DNA of 64,000 bases from Actinomycetaceae bacterium (GCA_052093225.1 JBQDDG010000007.1:4671-68670), one strand, 5' to 3'; counted from the stretch's first letter, positions 11,902 through 25,241 are shown. Program-made: numbers and translations. The notes: generated from the letters alone by a model not told the origin.

Positions 11902-12644
11902 AGATCACGATCAACGCCTGGCGTCAGGCCGGCCCCGGCGCCACCGGGAAGATGGAGTCCTACCGGCTCGACGACATCGCCGAGCACATGTCCTTCCTCG
12001 AGATGCTCGACGTGCTCAACGAGCAGCTCTTCGCGGCCGGGGAGGAGCCGATCGCCTTCGACCACGACTGTCGCGAGGGCATCTGCGGCGCGTGCGGCAT
12101 CGTCATCGACGGCGTGGCCCACGGCCCCGAGGTCACGACGACCTGCCAGCTGCACATGCGGTCCTTCAAGGACGGCGACTCGATCACCATCGAGCCGTGG
12201 CGCGCCGACGCGTTCCCGGTGATCAAGGACCTCGTCGTCGACCGCTCGGCGTTCGACCGGATCATCGCCGCCGGCGGCTACGTCTCCGTCAACACGGGTG
12301 CCGCGCCGGACGCTCACGCGAGCCCCGTGCCGAAGAACGACGCGGACCGCGCCTTCGAGGCCGCCGCGTGCATCGGCTGCGGCGCCTGCGTGGCAGCCTG
12401 CCCCAATGCCTCGGGGATGCTCTTCCTCGGCGCGAAGGTCACGCACCTCGGCATGCTCCCGCAGGGACAGCCCGAGCGTGAGGCGCGGGTCGTGGACATG
12501 CTCGCCCAGCACGACGCCGAGGGCTTCGGCGGCTGCACCAACATCGGCGAGTGCGCCGCGGTGTGCCCCAAGGAGATCCCGCTCGACGTCATCAGCCAGC
12601 TCAACTCCGACCTCGGCCGGGCCACGATCTCCGGCCGCGCCTGA
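11898..12644 (+). CDS. sdhB: Succinate dehydrogenase/fumarate reductase iron-sulfur subunit
   Basis: [21 protein letters not shown] and [12 protein letters not shown] cysteine clusters. Confidence 0.97.
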
Positions 12645-12658
12645 GTCCCTTACGCGCT

Positions 12659-12692
12659 ACGGCGCCCCGCCCCCTCGGGGGCGGGGCGCCGT
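12659..12692. terminator. Hairpin between convergent sdhB and esterase (likely bidirectional terminator)
   Basis: Perfect inverted repeat ACGGCGCCCCGCCCC-ctcg-GGGGCGGGGCGCCGT. Confidence 0.75.
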
Positions 12693-12719
12693 TCGCGTCC
12701 GTGGCAGGTCGTCGGCGGG

Positions 12720-13856
12720 CTACTCCGAGAGGTGCTGGGCGAAGAAGTCCCAGATGAGCTCGTTCGCCTCGATCGCGTCCGTGGGCGTGCCCGCCCAGTC
12801 GGTCTCGTCCTCGAACGCCGGGCTCCCGGGCCACACGTGCCCGGCGTCGGCGATCGACCACGACTGGATCTCGTCCGGCCCCGTGCCGTCGCCGATGGTC
12901 GTCAGGGTGACGCCGTCCTGCTGCTCGGACTCCTCACGGACCTCGAAGCCGCCGATCTCGGTCCACCGGGCGAGAGCCGCCTCGTGGCCGTACCCCCAGT
13001 AGTCGGCGCCGCCGCCGCCCAGCGGGTTGACCGGGTCGTCCTCGCCCACGAACGTGATGATCGGGGTGACGGACCCGGGCGCGCAGGTCTCCGGGTCGGG
13101 GGCCCAGGTGCCGCCCTCCTCCTCGACCGGGACGCCGGAGCGCAGGCCGGTGACCGGGGCGATGGCGCGGAAGAGCGTCGGGTCCTCACAGGCGGCCTGG
13201 GAGATCATACGCCCGCCGCCGGAGTAGCCCGACGCGAAGACGTCGTCGGTCGACGTGCCGTACTCCTGCGCGGCCCAGTCGATGAGCGCGCGGAGGAAGG
13301 CGACGTCGTCGGGTGCGTCCTCGGGAGCCTCCGTGACGCCGGGGACGTTCCACAGCCAGCCGTCGCCCGGGTTCTCGATGCCGCCGTTCGGCAGGAGCAC
13401 CACGTAGCCCTCGGCATCGGCGTTCTCGGCGGCGTCGGCCCAGCGCACGTGCTCGGCGCCGTCCGAGCGGGAGCCGTGGAGGTTGAGCACGAGCGGCAGG
13501 TCCGCGTCGGGCGTCCAGCTCTCCGGCAGGAGGACCACGCCCGTGCGGGTGTGGCCGTCGATCTCGGCGCTGAACTCGTGCTGTCCGGGGGAGTGGCCGG
13601 TGGCCGACTCGCCGGCGTCGGAGGAGGAGGACTCTGGGGACGCGGATGCGGACGCGTCGTCGGTGGTGGACTCGTCGGCGTCGGCGTCGGCGTCGGCGTC
13701 GGAGGAGGTGGATTCCGCGGACTCGGCGTCGGTGGCGGACCCGTCGGTGGACGGGGCCGGCTCCGCGCCGCCGTCGTCGGTCGAGCAGGCGGCCAGCGCC
13801 AGCAGGAGGACGCCGCCGGTGGCGACGGTGCGGGAGAGGGGGCGGGGGATGGTCAC
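12720..13856 (-). CDS. Lipoprotein esterase, PHB-depolymerase/LpqC-like alpha/beta hydrolase
   Basis: Lipobox LALAAC, Ser/Asp-rich linker, LNLHGS, DDVAFL, GYSGG nucleophile elbow and HVWPG. AGGAG SD before GTG 13856. Confidence 0.85.
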   Translation of the reverse strand: MTIPRPLSRTVATGGVLLLALAACSTDDGGAEPAPSTDGSATDAESAESTSSDADADADADESTTDDASASASPESSSSDAGESATGHSPGQHEFSAEIDGHTRTGVVLLPESWTPDADLPLVLNLHGSRSDGAEHVRWADAAENADAEGYVVLLPNGGIENPGDGWLWNVPGVTEAPEDAPDDVAFLRALIDWAAQEYGTSTDDVFASGYSGGGRMISQAACEDPTLFRAIAPVTGLRSGVPVEEEGGTWAPDPETCAPGSVTPIITFVGEDDPVNPLGGGGADYWGYGHEAALARWTEIGGFEVREESEQQDGVTLTTIGDGTGPDEIQSWSIADAGHVWPGSPAFEDETDWAGTPTDAIEANELIWDFFAQHLSE

Positions 13857-13949
13857 GGTGCTCCTGGTCGGTGGGTCGGAACCCGCATGGTTGCGGACCT
13901 GCGGTGTCCAGATCCGGGCCGAGGTGCGAGGTCCCGCATGCTGAGACCC

Positions 13950-14069
13950 GGGCGGGGCGCCGTTCGCGTCCGTGGCGGGTGGTCGGCGAGCTACTCCGAG
14001 AGGTGCTGGGCGAAGACGTCCCTGATGAGCTCGTTCGCGGCGAACGGGTCCGTGGGCGAGCCCGCCCAG
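13950..14069 (-). pseudogene. Duplicated 3' fragment of the esterase gene plus half of its terminator
   Basis: 120-bp direct repeat of 12679-12798 with 10 mismatches. Encodes [25 protein letters not shown] versus [25 protein letters not shown]. Confidence 0.85.
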
Positions 14070-14071
14070 CC

Positions 14072-14866
14072 TCAGGGCGACGGCGGCGCGTACATCACCA
14101 CGTGCAGGTCCGTCGCGTCGGAGGGGACGAGCCGGTGGTGCTCGTAGGTCACCAGCCCCCTGCCGGGGTGACGGAACGTGCGACGCCGGGACTCGAAGCT
14201 GGAGACCTCGAGCTCGGCGGCGTGGGCGCAGAACTCTGCGCTCTCCGCGGACAGGCGCTCGACCACCGCGCGGTGGCCCGGCCCCGAGAGCCGAAGCCCG
14301 GCCCCGGCCCGGAACTCGGCGAGGAAGCGCCGGCTGTCCCGGTCCCAGTCGGGGAGCATGCGGCGCAGCCCCGGGTCCGAGTAGACGAGCCACAGCAGGT
14401 TCCGGTCCGCCTCGGCCACCTCCGCGATGCGCGGGTACAGTTCGGCGTAGGCCCGGTTCCACCCGAGGATGGCCCAGTCCGCGCGCACGACGAAGGCGGG
14501 GAAGTCCAGCGCGTCGACGAGGTGCTGCAGGTGGTCGGGGACCCGCGTGCGCGCCCGCGTCGGGGCGGCCGGCTCCTCGCGCTCGGCGAGGCCGAGCACG
14601 TACGAGGTCTCGTCCTCGGTCAGCGCGAGCACGCGTGCGACGGCGAGCAGGACCTGGCGCGAGACGTTCGTGTCCCGCCCCTGCTCGAGCCACGTGTACC
14701 AGCTGCCGCTGACCCCGGCGAGCGCGGCGACCTCCTCGCGGCTCAGCCCGTGCGTCACCCGGCGGCCCGCGGGGGGCAGGCCGAGCGTCGCGCGCCCCGA
14801 GGAGAGGCGCCGCGCCCGCAGGAAGGCACCCAGCTCCTCGCGTCTGGGGGTGCGCGGACGGATCAC
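14072..14866 (-). CDS. XRE-family HTH regulator with MmyB-like ligand-binding domain
   Basis: [47 protein letters not shown] and RNLLWLVY motifs. Confidence 0.92.
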   Translation of the reverse strand: MIRPRTPRREELGAFLRARRLSSGRATLGLPPAGRRVTHGLSREEVAALAGVSGSWYTWLEQGRDTNVSRQVLLAVARVLALTEDETSYVLGLAEREEPAAPTRARTRVPDHLQHLVDALDFPAFVVRADWAILGWNRAYAELYPRIAEVAEADRNLLWLVYSDPGLRRMLPDWDRDSRRFLAEFRAGAGLRLSGPGHRAVVERLSAESAEFCAHAAELEVSSFESRRRTFRHPGRGLVTYEHHRLVPSDATDLHVVMYAPPSP

Positions 14867-14873
14867 CCGCCGA

Positions 14874-14896
14874 TGGTACTGCCGGTACCAGTACCA
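14874..14896. promoter_or_regulatory. Palindromic operator candidate between the regulator and ilvD
   Basis: TGGTACT-N9-AGTACCA with nested TGGTAC-N5-GTACCA; overlaps the regulator's minus-strand -10 (TACCAT). Confidence 0.55.
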
Positions 14897-14950
14897 GCCG
14901 CACCGGGTCCGCGGGGCCGCACGGCGGTGCCCGCGGGTGAGGATGACGCC

Positions 14951-16813
14951 ATGCCTCCCTACCGCTCCCGCACCGTCACCCACGGCCGCAACATGGCCGG
15001 CGCCCGCGCCCTCATGCGTGCCTCCGGGGTGGCGGGGGCCGACATCGGCCGCAAGCCCGTCATCGCGGTGGCGAACTCCTTCACCGAGTTCGTCCCCGGC
15101 CACACGCACCTCGCTCCGGTGGGCCGCATCGTCTCGGAGGCGATCCAGGAGGCCGGCGGCATCGCGCGGGAGTTCAACACGATCGCGGTGGACGACGGCA
15201 TCGCGATGGGCCACGACGGGATGCTCTACTCGCTGCCGTCGCGCGACCTCATCGCCGACTCGGTCGAGTACATGGTCAACGCGCACTGCGCCGACGCCCT
15301 GGTGTGCATCTCCAACTGCGACAAGATCACCCCCGGCATGCTGCTGGCCGCCCTGCGGCTCGACGTCCCCACGGTGTTCGTCTCGGGCGGACCGATGGAG
15401 TCCGGCCGGGCCACGCTCGTCGACGGCACCGTGCGCACCCTCGACCTCGTCGACGCCATGTCCGAGGCCGTCAACGACGGCGTCTCGGACGCGGACATGC
15501 TGCGCATCGAGGAGGCCGCCTGCCCCACCTGCGGCTCCTGCTCGGGGATGTTCACCGCCAACTCGATGAACTGCCTCACCGAGGCCATGGGGCTCTCGCT
15601 GCCCGGCAACGGCTCGGTCCTGGCCACGCACACTGCGCGCCGCGACCTCTACGAGAACGCGGGCTCGCTGATCGTCGACATCACCCGCCGCTACTACGAG
15701 GAGGACGACGACTCGGTCCTCCCGCTGAGCATCGCCACCCCCGCCGCCTTCGGCAACGCGATGGCCCTGGACATCGCCATGGGCGGGTCCACCAACACGA
15801 TCCTCCACCTCCTCGCCGCCGCCCACGAGGCGGGTGTCCAGTTCGGGCTCGACGAGATCGACGAGGTCTCGCGCCGCGTCCCCTGCCTGGCCAAGGTGGC
15901 CCCCAACGTCGCCGACGGCCGCACCTACTACATGGAGGACGTCCACCGCGCCGGGGGCATCCCCGCGCTGCTCGGCGAGCTGCGGCGTGCCGGGCTGCTG
16001 GACGAGGACGTGCACACCGTGCACGCGCGCACCCTCGGCGACTGGCTCGACGAGTGGGACGTCCGCGGCGGCCGCGCGAGCGAGGCGGCGACCGAGCTGT
16101 GGCACGCGGCCCCCGGCGGGCGCCGCTCGTCGACCGCCTTCTCGCAGTCGGAGCGCTGGGAGAGCCTGGACACCGATGACACCCACGGCTGCATCCGCTC
16201 GTTCGCCCACGCGTACTCCGAGGACGGCGGGCTCGGCGTCCTGCGGGGCAACATCGCCGTCGACGGCGCAGTGGTGAAGACCGCCGGCGTCGACGAGTCG
16301 ATCTGGACGTTCTCCGGTCCGGCCCTCGTCTGCGAGTCGCAGGAGGAGGCGGTCCAGCGGATCCTTGCCAAGGAGGTGAGCGAGGGCGACGTCGTCGTCA
16401 TCCGCTACGAGGGCCCCAAGGGCGGGCCGGGCATGCAGGAGATGCTCTACCCGACCTCCTACCTCAAGGGTCGCGGCCTCGGGAAGGCGTGCGCCCTCAT
16501 TACGGACGGCCGGTTCTCCGGCGGCACGTCCGGCCTGTCGATCGGGCACGTCTCGCCCGAGGCCGCGGCCGGCGGCGTCATCGCGCTGGTCGAGGAGGGG
16601 GACACGGTCTCGATCGACATCCCGCGGCGCAGCCTCCGTCTCGAGGTCGACGACGCCGAGCTGGAGCGCCGCCGCGCCGCCCTCGAGGCGGGCGGGGGGT
16701 ACCGGCCGAAGGAGCAGCGTCCCCGGAAGGTGACGCCCGCGCTGCGCGCATACGCGGCGTTCGCCCAGTCCGCGGACAAGGGCGCGGTCCGTCTCGTGCC
16801 GGAGATCGACTGA
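14951..16813 (+). CDS. ilvD: Dihydroxy-acid dehydratase
   Basis: [63 protein letters not shown] and TDGRFSG. Confidence 0.98.
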   Translation: MPPYRSRTVTHGRNMAGARALMRASGVAGADIGRKPVIAVANSFTEFVPGHTHLAPVGRIVSEAIQEAGGIAREFNTIAVDDGIAMGHDGMLYSLPSRDLIADSVEYMVNAHCADALVCISNCDKITPGMLLAALRLDVPTVFVSGGPMESGRATLVDGTVRTLDLVDAMSEAVNDGVSDADMLRIEEAACPTCGSCSGMFTANSMNCLTEAMGLSLPGNGSVLATHTARRDLYENAGSLIVDITRRYYEEDDDSVLPLSIATPAAFGNAMALDIAMGGSTNTILHLLAAAHEAGVQFGLDEIDEVSRRVPCLAKVAPNVADGRTYYMEDVHRAGGIPALLGELRRAGLLDEDVHTVHARTLGDWLDEWDVRGGRASEAATELWHAAPGGRRSSTAFSQSERWESLDTDDTHGCIRSFAHAYSEDGGLGVLRGNIAVDGAVVKTAGVDESIWTFSGPALVCESQEEAVQRILAKEVSEGDVVVIRYEGPKGGPGMQEMLYPTSYLKGRGLGKACALITDGRFSGGTSGLSIGHVSPEAAAGGVIALVEEGDTVSIDIPRRSLRLEVDDAELERRRAALEAGGGYRPKEQRPRKVTPALRAYAAFAQSADKGAVRLVPEID

Positions 16814-16866
16814 CGGCCGCCACCGGGGCCCGACGCCGGACGGGTCCCGGCGCGTACGATCCGTCG

Positions 16867-17910
16867 GTGACCTCACCGCTCGTCCTCGGCATCGAGACCT
16901 CCTGCGACGAGACCGGCGTCGCCCTGGTCCGCGGCACCGAGCTCGTCGCCGACGTCACCGCGTCCTCGATGGACGACCACGCCCGATTCGGCGGGATCAT
17001 CCCCGAGATCGCCTCGCGCGCCCACCTCGAGGCCTTCGGTCCGACCCTCGACGCCGCCCTCGAGCGGGCGGACGTCGACCTCGCCCAGGTGGACGCGATC
17101 GCCGTCACCGCGGGCCCCGGCCTCGTCGGCTCGCTCACCGTGGGCGTGGCCGCCGCGAAGGCGCTGGCCCTCTCGGCCGGCATGCCCCTGTACGGCGTCA
17201 ACCACGTCATCGGGCACGCCGCCGTCGACGCCCTCGTGCACGGCCCGGTCCCCGCGCGCTCGGTCGCGCTGGTCGTCTCCGGCGGGCACACGTCACTGCT
17301 CGCGGTCGGCGAGGGCATCACCGACGTCACCATGCTCGGCGAGACCCTCGACGACGCGGCGGGGGAGGCCTTCGACAAGGTCGGTCGCCTCCTCGGCCTG
17401 CCCTACCCCGGCGGCCCGCACGTCGACCGGCTCGCCGCCACCGGCGACCGCGGCGCCATCCGTTTCCCGCGCGGCCTGACCGCGCCCAAGGACCGGGAAC
17501 GGCACGCATACAACTTCTCCTTCTCCGGCCTGAAGACGGCCGTGGCCCGGGACCTCGAGGCCCGCACGTCGCGCGGCGAAGAGATCCCCGCCGCCGACGT
17601 CGCCGCCGGCTTCTCGGAGGCCGTCGCCGACGTGCTGGCCACCAAGGCGCTGCGCGCCTGCGCCGACCGGGGTGCGGACACCCTCGTGGTCGGCGGCGGG
17701 TTCTCCGCCAACTCCCGGCTGCGCGAGCTGCTCGCCGAGCGCGGCACTGAGGCCGGGATCGACGTCCGCATCCCGCCCATCAGGTTCTGCACCGACAACG
17801 GCGCGATGATCGCCGCCCTCGGGAGCGCCGTCGTCGAGGCCGGGCTGCCGCCGTCGGACCTGGGCTTCGGGGTGGACTCGGCCATGCCGACGACGACGGT
17901 CCGGGTCTGA
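16867..17910 (+). CDS. tsaD: tRNA N6-threonylcarbamoyltransferase TsaD
   Basis: [52 protein letters not shown] and CTDNGAMIA. Confidence 0.98.
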   Translation: MTSPLVLGIETSCDETGVALVRGTELVADVTASSMDDHARFGGIIPEIASRAHLEAFGPTLDAALERADVDLAQVDAIAVTAGPGLVGSLTVGVAAAKALALSAGMPLYGVNHVIGHAAVDALVHGPVPARSVALVVSGGHTSLLAVGEGITDVTMLGETLDDAAGEAFDKVGRLLGLPYPGGPHVDRLAATGDRGAIRFPRGLTAPKDRERHAYNFSFSGLKTAVARDLEARTSRGEEIPAADVAAGFSEAVADVLATKALRACADRGADTLVVGGGFSANSRLRELLAERGTEAGIDVRIPPIRFCTDNGAMIAALGSAVVEAGLPPSDLGFGVDSAMPTTTVRV

Positions 17911-18122
17911 CGTCCCAGCGTGGGGCGGGGCGCCGCCTCGTGCTGGTGCCGCACCTCACCTGCCGGTAGGTTGTCGACCGCACGACGGCGCCGGGGCCGT
18001 CCCGGACGGAGGAGGACCGCAGTGTCCGCCAGCACTTTCGGTGTCGCCGCAGGCGAGCCGTCCGTCGGTGCGCCGACGCTCGCCGGCCGCGCCCGCCCGG
18101 CTCGTGCGGCGTCGGTGACCGG

Positions 18123-18842
18123 TTGAACCCCGCTGCAGCCGCGCGACGCGGGTCCTCGCGGGTCGACGTGCTGCTCGTCCTCCGCGCTGCGACGGCGGTG
18201 CTGATCCTCGCGGCCGTCGTCGGACAGCTCGTCGTGAGCGTGGCCTTCTGGACCGGGCGCGGCGACGAGTCCCTGGCCCTCGACGTCGTCAACTTCCTCA
18301 GCTTCTTCACCGTCGAGTCCAACCTGCTCGCGGCACTGGCGCTCGCCCTGCTCGTGCTCACCGGGCTGCGGGGGACCCGCGGCGGCCGGCGTCTCGACGT
18401 CCTGGTGCTCTGCGCGACCACGTACATGGTCGTGACCGGCGTCGTCTACAACGCCGTCCTGCGCGGCATCGAGCTGCCTCAGGGTGCGACGCTGGGTTGG
18501 TCGAACGAGGTGCTGCACCTCGTCGGCCCGCTGTGGATGCTCGTCGACTGGCTGGTCAGCGCGAAGGACCGTGACGTGCGCCACCGGGACGTGTGGGCGG
18601 TCGTCGCCTTCCCGATCCTCTGGCTGGTCTACACGCTCGTGCGCGGGCCGATCACGCCGGACGTGGCGACCGGGGACGGTTCCTGGTACCCGTACCCGTT
18701 CCTCGACCCGGCGACCCACGACAACGGCTACGTCGGGGTGGCGCTCATGTGCGTCGTCGTCGCCGCCGTCGTGGTCGGCGGTGCACTGGCCCTCGTCGCC
18801 GTCGCTCGCGCGGGCCGGCGCCGGCGAGCCTTGCACACCTAG
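18123..18842 (+). CDS. Pr6Pr-family integral membrane protein
   Basis: SFFTVESN, VLHLVGPLWMLVDWL and YPYPFLDP motifs; multiple TM helices. Start uncertain. Confidence 0.75.
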   Translation: MNPAAAARRGSSRVDVLLVLRAATAVLILAAVVGQLVVSVAFWTGRGDESLALDVVNFLSFFTVESNLLAALALALLVLTGLRGTRGGRRLDVLVLCATTYMVVTGVVYNAVLRGIELPQGATLGWSNEVLHLVGPLWMLVDWLVSAKDRDVRHRDVWAVVAFPILWLVYTLVRGPITPDVATGDGSWYPYPFLDPATHDNGYVGVALMCVVVAAVVVGGALALVAVARAGRRRRALHT

Positions 18843-19975
18843 GTGACGGGCCGGCCTGCTCCGGCCGTCAGCTCGGCCGCGAGCCTCAGCGGCACGGCGT
18901 CCCATCCGTCGGCGGCCGCCCAGGAGCGCTGGCGCTCGTAGGAGGCGCCGGTGTCGAGGATGCGCCCCACGAGGGCGAGCTCGTCCGTGCAACCGAGGCG
19001 CTCGGCGGTCGGGGCGAGGTCGGCCATCAGCGCGCGGACGGCGTCGCGGGCATCGAGGGAGCCGCCCTCGGTGTCGGTGACGAAGGTCGTGCCGAGACCG
19101 AAGCGTGCGGCGCGCCAGCGGTTCTCGGCGGTGAGCCAGCGGGGGAGCGTCGCCGGGTGCTCGCCGGCGTCGAGGCGCTCCGAGAGCGAGTCCACGAGGC
19201 AGACGGTGAGCGCCGTGAGCGCGGCGACCTCGTCGAGGGTGGGCGGGGAGTCGCAGACGCGGGACTCGACCGTGCCGAACTGCGTCGGCCGCACGTCCCA
19301 GCGGGTCTCGGTGCGCCGGGCGATGACGTCGGCGGCGAGGAGCTGCTCGACGACCGTCTCGTACTCCTCCCACGTGCGCATGACGTCCGGCAGGCCCGCC
19401 GTGGGGAGCTGCTGGAACATCATCGTGCGGTTGGACGCGTACCCGGTCCCCGTGCCGCGCCACGCCGGTGAGGCGCCCGAGAGCGCAAGGAGCGGTCCGA
19501 TCGCGTCGAGGAGGCCGCGCATGATCGGCAGGGCCTTGTCCCGCCGCTCCACCCCGACGTGGACGTGGAGCCCGTAGATGAGCATCTCGCGGCCCCACCA
19601 GCCCGTGCGCTCCAGCAGCCGCTCGTAACCCTCGGCGGTCGGCTGGGCCTGGGGGTCGGCGCTCGGGTGGGTGCCGCCGCCCGCGAGGACGAGCCCGCGC
19701 CGCTCCGCGGCCTCGACGAGCTCGGCGAGGACCTCGCGGACCTCGGCGACCGCGGAGCCGACGCTGTCGTGGACCCCCGTGACGATCTCGACCGTGTTGG
19801 CGAGCAGCTCGTGCGCCAGCCGGGGGTGCGGCGCGCCGCCGAGGGAGCGCAGGTCGTCGATGAGCTCGAGGCCGTCGCTGCGCAGCTCGCCCGTGGTCGC
19901 GTCGAGCACCTGGAGCTCCCACTCGACGCCGAGCGTCGAGCGCTCCGAGGAACCGAAATCGACGGGCACAGCCAT
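18839..19975 (-). CDS. Glutamate--cysteine ligase 2 (YbdK-type carboxylate-amine ligase)
   Basis: STLGVEWE, ELLANTVE, YGLHVHVG, ASNRTMMFQQLPTAGLP and WDVRP. The start may be the GTG two codons in. Confidence 0.92.
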   Translation of the reverse strand: MAVPVDFGSSERSTLGVEWELQVLDATTGELRSDGLELIDDLRSLGGAPHPRLAHELLANTVEIVTGVHDSVGSAVAEVREVLAELVEAAERRGLVLAGGGTHPSADPQAQPTAEGYERLLERTGWWGREMLIYGLHVHVGVERRDKALPIMRGLLDAIGPLLALSGASPAWRGTGTGYASNRTMMFQQLPTAGLPDVMRTWEEYETVVEQLLAADVIARRTETRWDVRPTQFGTVESRVCDSPPTLDEVAALTALTVCLVDSLSERLDAGEHPATLPRWLTAENRWRAARFGLGTTFVTDTEGGSLDARDAVRALMADLAPTAERLGCTDELALVGRILDTGASYERQRSWAAADGWDAVPLRLAAELTAGAGRPVT

Positions 19976-20032
19976 ATTCTGCCCCGAGGCCTCCGCTCCC
20001 ACGTGCACCGGGCGCCCCCGTCCCGCTCCGTG

Positions 20033-21301
20033 TCAGGGCCGGGCCGCGGGCGGCTCCTCGTCCCCGGCCCCCGTCCCGGCATCGACGGCGGCGGCCACCG
20101 GCTCGACGAGCAGGGCCACGTGCCGACCCTGTGCCCGCGTGAGCACGAGCGTGGCCCGGTTCGGCCCCTTCGGCCGGATCCTGCGGTGAAGCGTGCCGAC
20201 GTCCACCCCGGAGCCGCGCTGCTTGATCGTCAGGTCGCCGATCCTGCGCCGGGCGACCTCGCGGGCGAGGCTCCTGGCACTCGCGTCGAGCTCCTCGAGC
20301 ACGCGGTAGGACCGCGCGAACGGCGAGTGCGCGGGGGCGTCGGAGGTGAGGTAGGCGATCCGCTCCGACACCACGCCGGCACCGGTCCTGCGCCCCAGCT
20401 CGGCGACGAGCCCCGCCCGGATGACGGCGCCGTCGGGCTCGTGGAGGAACTCGCCGAGCGCGGCGACCGGGGCCTCCTCGTGCGGCTGCGACGGCGGGAG
20501 CGGACCGCCGCCCTCCGGGGCGAGCAGGTGGGCCCGCTCGCCGAGCACCACGAGTGCCGACCGCCCGGGGCCCTCCGGCGCCGCGTCCCCGAACCAGAGC
20601 GCCGCCTCGACCACCTCGCGGTCGACGGAGACCCACTGGGCGTGTGCGTCGTCGGGGATCCGCGCGAGCTCGATCCCGGGGGCGACCTTGATGCCGGCCG
20701 CGCGCACGCGGCGGGCCCGGTCGACGACGTCGGCGAGCGGCGGGCCCCAGCTCTCCGGGTCGGAAAGGCGCCGTCCTGCGGCGTCCCGCCGGGCCGGGTC
20801 CGCCCAGAGGGCGTCCGCCCCGGCGGCCTCCAGGTCGAAGCCGAGGGCGTCGCCCTCGACGACCCGCGCGTCGTCGAACGGGCCGAGGTTCGCCGCGGCG
20901 AACGTGGCGGTGACCGGGTCCTGCTCGACGCCGATGACCCCGGTACCGAGGCCGGCGACGGCGAGCGCGTCGAGCCCCAGACCGCAGCCGAGGTCCGCGA
21001 CGCGTGCGACTCCGGCGCGCCGGAACCGGTCGGCGTGATGGGCGGCGACGACCGTGCGGGTGGCCTGCTCGAGGCCCGTCCGGGTGAGCAGGAGCAGGTC
21101 GGCGACGGGGCCGAGCCGGTCCGCGGCCTCGGCGCGCAGGCCGAGCTGGGTCAGGGCCGCCGAGGCGAGGTCGGGGTCCATGCCGTGCGCGCGCAGACGC
21201 TCGTTCATCCGCGCGGCGCCCTCGGGGGTGTAGGGCGGCAGGGCGGCGAGCATCGCGCGCCCCTCGGGCGAGGCGAGCAGCCGGGCGGTCGCGAGCTCCA
21301 T
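20033..21301 (-). CDS. Class I SAM-dependent methyltransferase with THUMP-like C-terminal domain
   Basis: LEQAT, DLGCGLGLDA, ADPARR, KVAPGI and EPDGAVIRAGLV; conserved gene upstream of groES in actinobacteria. Confidence 0.88.
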   Translation of the reverse strand: MELATARLLASPEGRAMLAALPPYTPEGAARMNERLRAHGMDPDLASAALTQLGLRAEAADRLGPVADLLLLTRTGLEQATRTVVAAHHADRFRRAGVARVADLGCGLGLDALAVAGLGTGVIGVEQDPVTATFAAANLGPFDDARVVEGDALGFDLEAAGADALWADPARRDAAGRRLSDPESWGPPLADVVDRARRVRAAGIKVAPGIELARIPDDAHAQWVSVDREVVEAALWFGDAAPEGPGRSALVVLGERAHLLAPEGGGPLPPSQPHEEAPVAALGEFLHEPDGAVIRAGLVAELGRRTGAGVVSERIAYLTSDAPAHSPFARSYRVLEELDASARSLAREVARRRIGDLTIKQRGSGVDVGTLHRRIRPKGPNRATLVLTRAQGRHVALLVEPVAAAVDAGTGAGDEEPPAARP

Positions 21302-21358
21302 CCGCCCATCGTCGCAGCAGGAACCGCACCCTGTGCCCGGGAGAGGGGTGACCACAAT

Positions 21359-21385
21359 CTGGCACTCTGATTGCGCGAGTGCTAA
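21359..21385. promoter_or_regulatory. CIRCE (HrcA operator)
   Basis: CTGGCACTC-N9-GAGTGCTAA upstream of groES; consensus TTAGCACTC-N9-GAGTGCTAA. Confidence 0.92.
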
Positions 21386-21504
21386 TCCTCGCCGTAGTGT
21401 GGACCGTGGCGGCCTTGCCGACCACCCGACCCCCGCGACGGCGGGCGGACGTGCAAGGGCGACAGTCAGAGTTCCACTTCATACGTAGGAAGGTGAGGTC
21501 CGCA

Positions 21505-21801
21505 GTGTCGGTCTCCATCAAGCCGCTCGAGGACCGCGTGGTCGTCCAGACCCTCGAGGCCGAGCAGACCACCGCGTCCGGTCTCGTCATCCCGGACACC
21601 GCCAAGGAGAAGCCCCAGGAGGGCACCGTCGTGGCGGTCGGCCCGGGTCGTGTCGACGACAACGGCAACCGCGTCCCGCTCGACGTCGCCGTGGGCGACG
21701 TCGTCCTGTACTCCAAGTACGGCGGCACCGAGGTCAAGCACGACGGCGAGGACTACCTGGTCCTCTCCGCCCGCGACCTGCTGGCGGTCGTCGAGCGCTG
21801 A
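21505..21801 (+). CDS. groES: Co-chaperonin GroES
   Basis: [26 protein letters not shown] and [10 protein letters not shown]. Confidence 0.99.
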   Translation: MSVSIKPLEDRVVVQTLEAEQTTASGLVIPDTAKEKPQEGTVVAVGPGRVDDNGNRVPLDVAVGDVVLYSKYGGTEVKHDGEDYLVLSARDLLAVVER

Positions 21802-21816
21802 CCCGCGCCCGAGCAC

Positions 21817-21858
21817 GCACGGACCCCCGCAGCCCTGATGGGCTGCGGGGGTCCGTGC
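21817..21858 (+). terminator. Hairpin terminator after groES
   Basis: GCACGGACCCCCGCAGCCC-tgat-GGGCTGCGGGGGTCCGTGC perfect 19-bp stem. Confidence 0.8.
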
Positions 21859-21962
21859 ATTGCTGGGGGCGGCGGGGCCGGTCGGGCGTGACCCGCCGAC
21901 CGCCTGCGGCCGCGGCACGTGTGCGGCAGCTGACCGCCGGCAGCCGACCGTGCCGCGGCGGG

Positions 21963-22265
21963 TCAGCCCGCCCGGGGCGCCGACCGGATGCTCGAGGCCC
22001 GCAGGGCGGCGGCGCGCTCGTCCTCGCTCATGCCGCCCCACACGCCGTACGGCTCGCGCACGGTGAGCGCATGGGTGCGGCACTGCTCGATGACCGGGCA
22101 CTTCTCGCAGACGGCCTTGGCCGCGTCGTCCCGACGCCGCCGCACACCGCCGCGCTCGCCCTCGGGGTGGAAGAACTGCTCGGGGTCCGCGCTGCGGCAC
22201 GCACCATCGACCTGCCAGCTCCAGACGTCGAGCAGCGGTCCGGGAAGTCGGGACAGCTCAGCCAT
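21963..22265 (-). CDS. WhiB-family Fe-S transcription factor (WhiB3/WhiD-like)
   Basis: MAELSRLPGP...WQVDGAC...FFHPEGERG...C..CPV...C...EPYGVWGG: four Cys plus the GVWGG motif. Confidence 0.95.
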   Translation of the reverse strand: MAELSRLPGPLLDVWSWQVDGACRSADPEQFFHPEGERGGVRRRRDDAAKAVCEKCPVIEQCRTHALTVREPYGVWGGMSEDERAAALRASSIRSAPRAG

Positions 22266-22486
22266 GGGGGCCTCCTCCGGTTCGGTGGGACGAGGACGAC
22301 TGCGCGGCCCCCGTCGTGCGTCACTGCTGCACAGGTTATGGATTGCGCGAAAGTTGCGCAAGGGCATGGGTAGCGGCACACGCGTGACGCCTGGTCGCCG
22401 CGGACCCAAGTTGCGCAACTGGTCGACGCGCATAGGTTGGAGTCGGCCCGCGTTGCCGATGACGACCGACGAAAGGACTATGGAGC

Positions 22487-25241
<2,755 letters not shown>

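Noticed and set aside
14873-14950. Attenuator leader peptide for ilvD (MVLPVPVP...)
   Set aside because: The ATG is in frame with ilvD with no stop, has no SD, and overlaps the divergent regulator's promoter; no terminator/antiterminator is visible.
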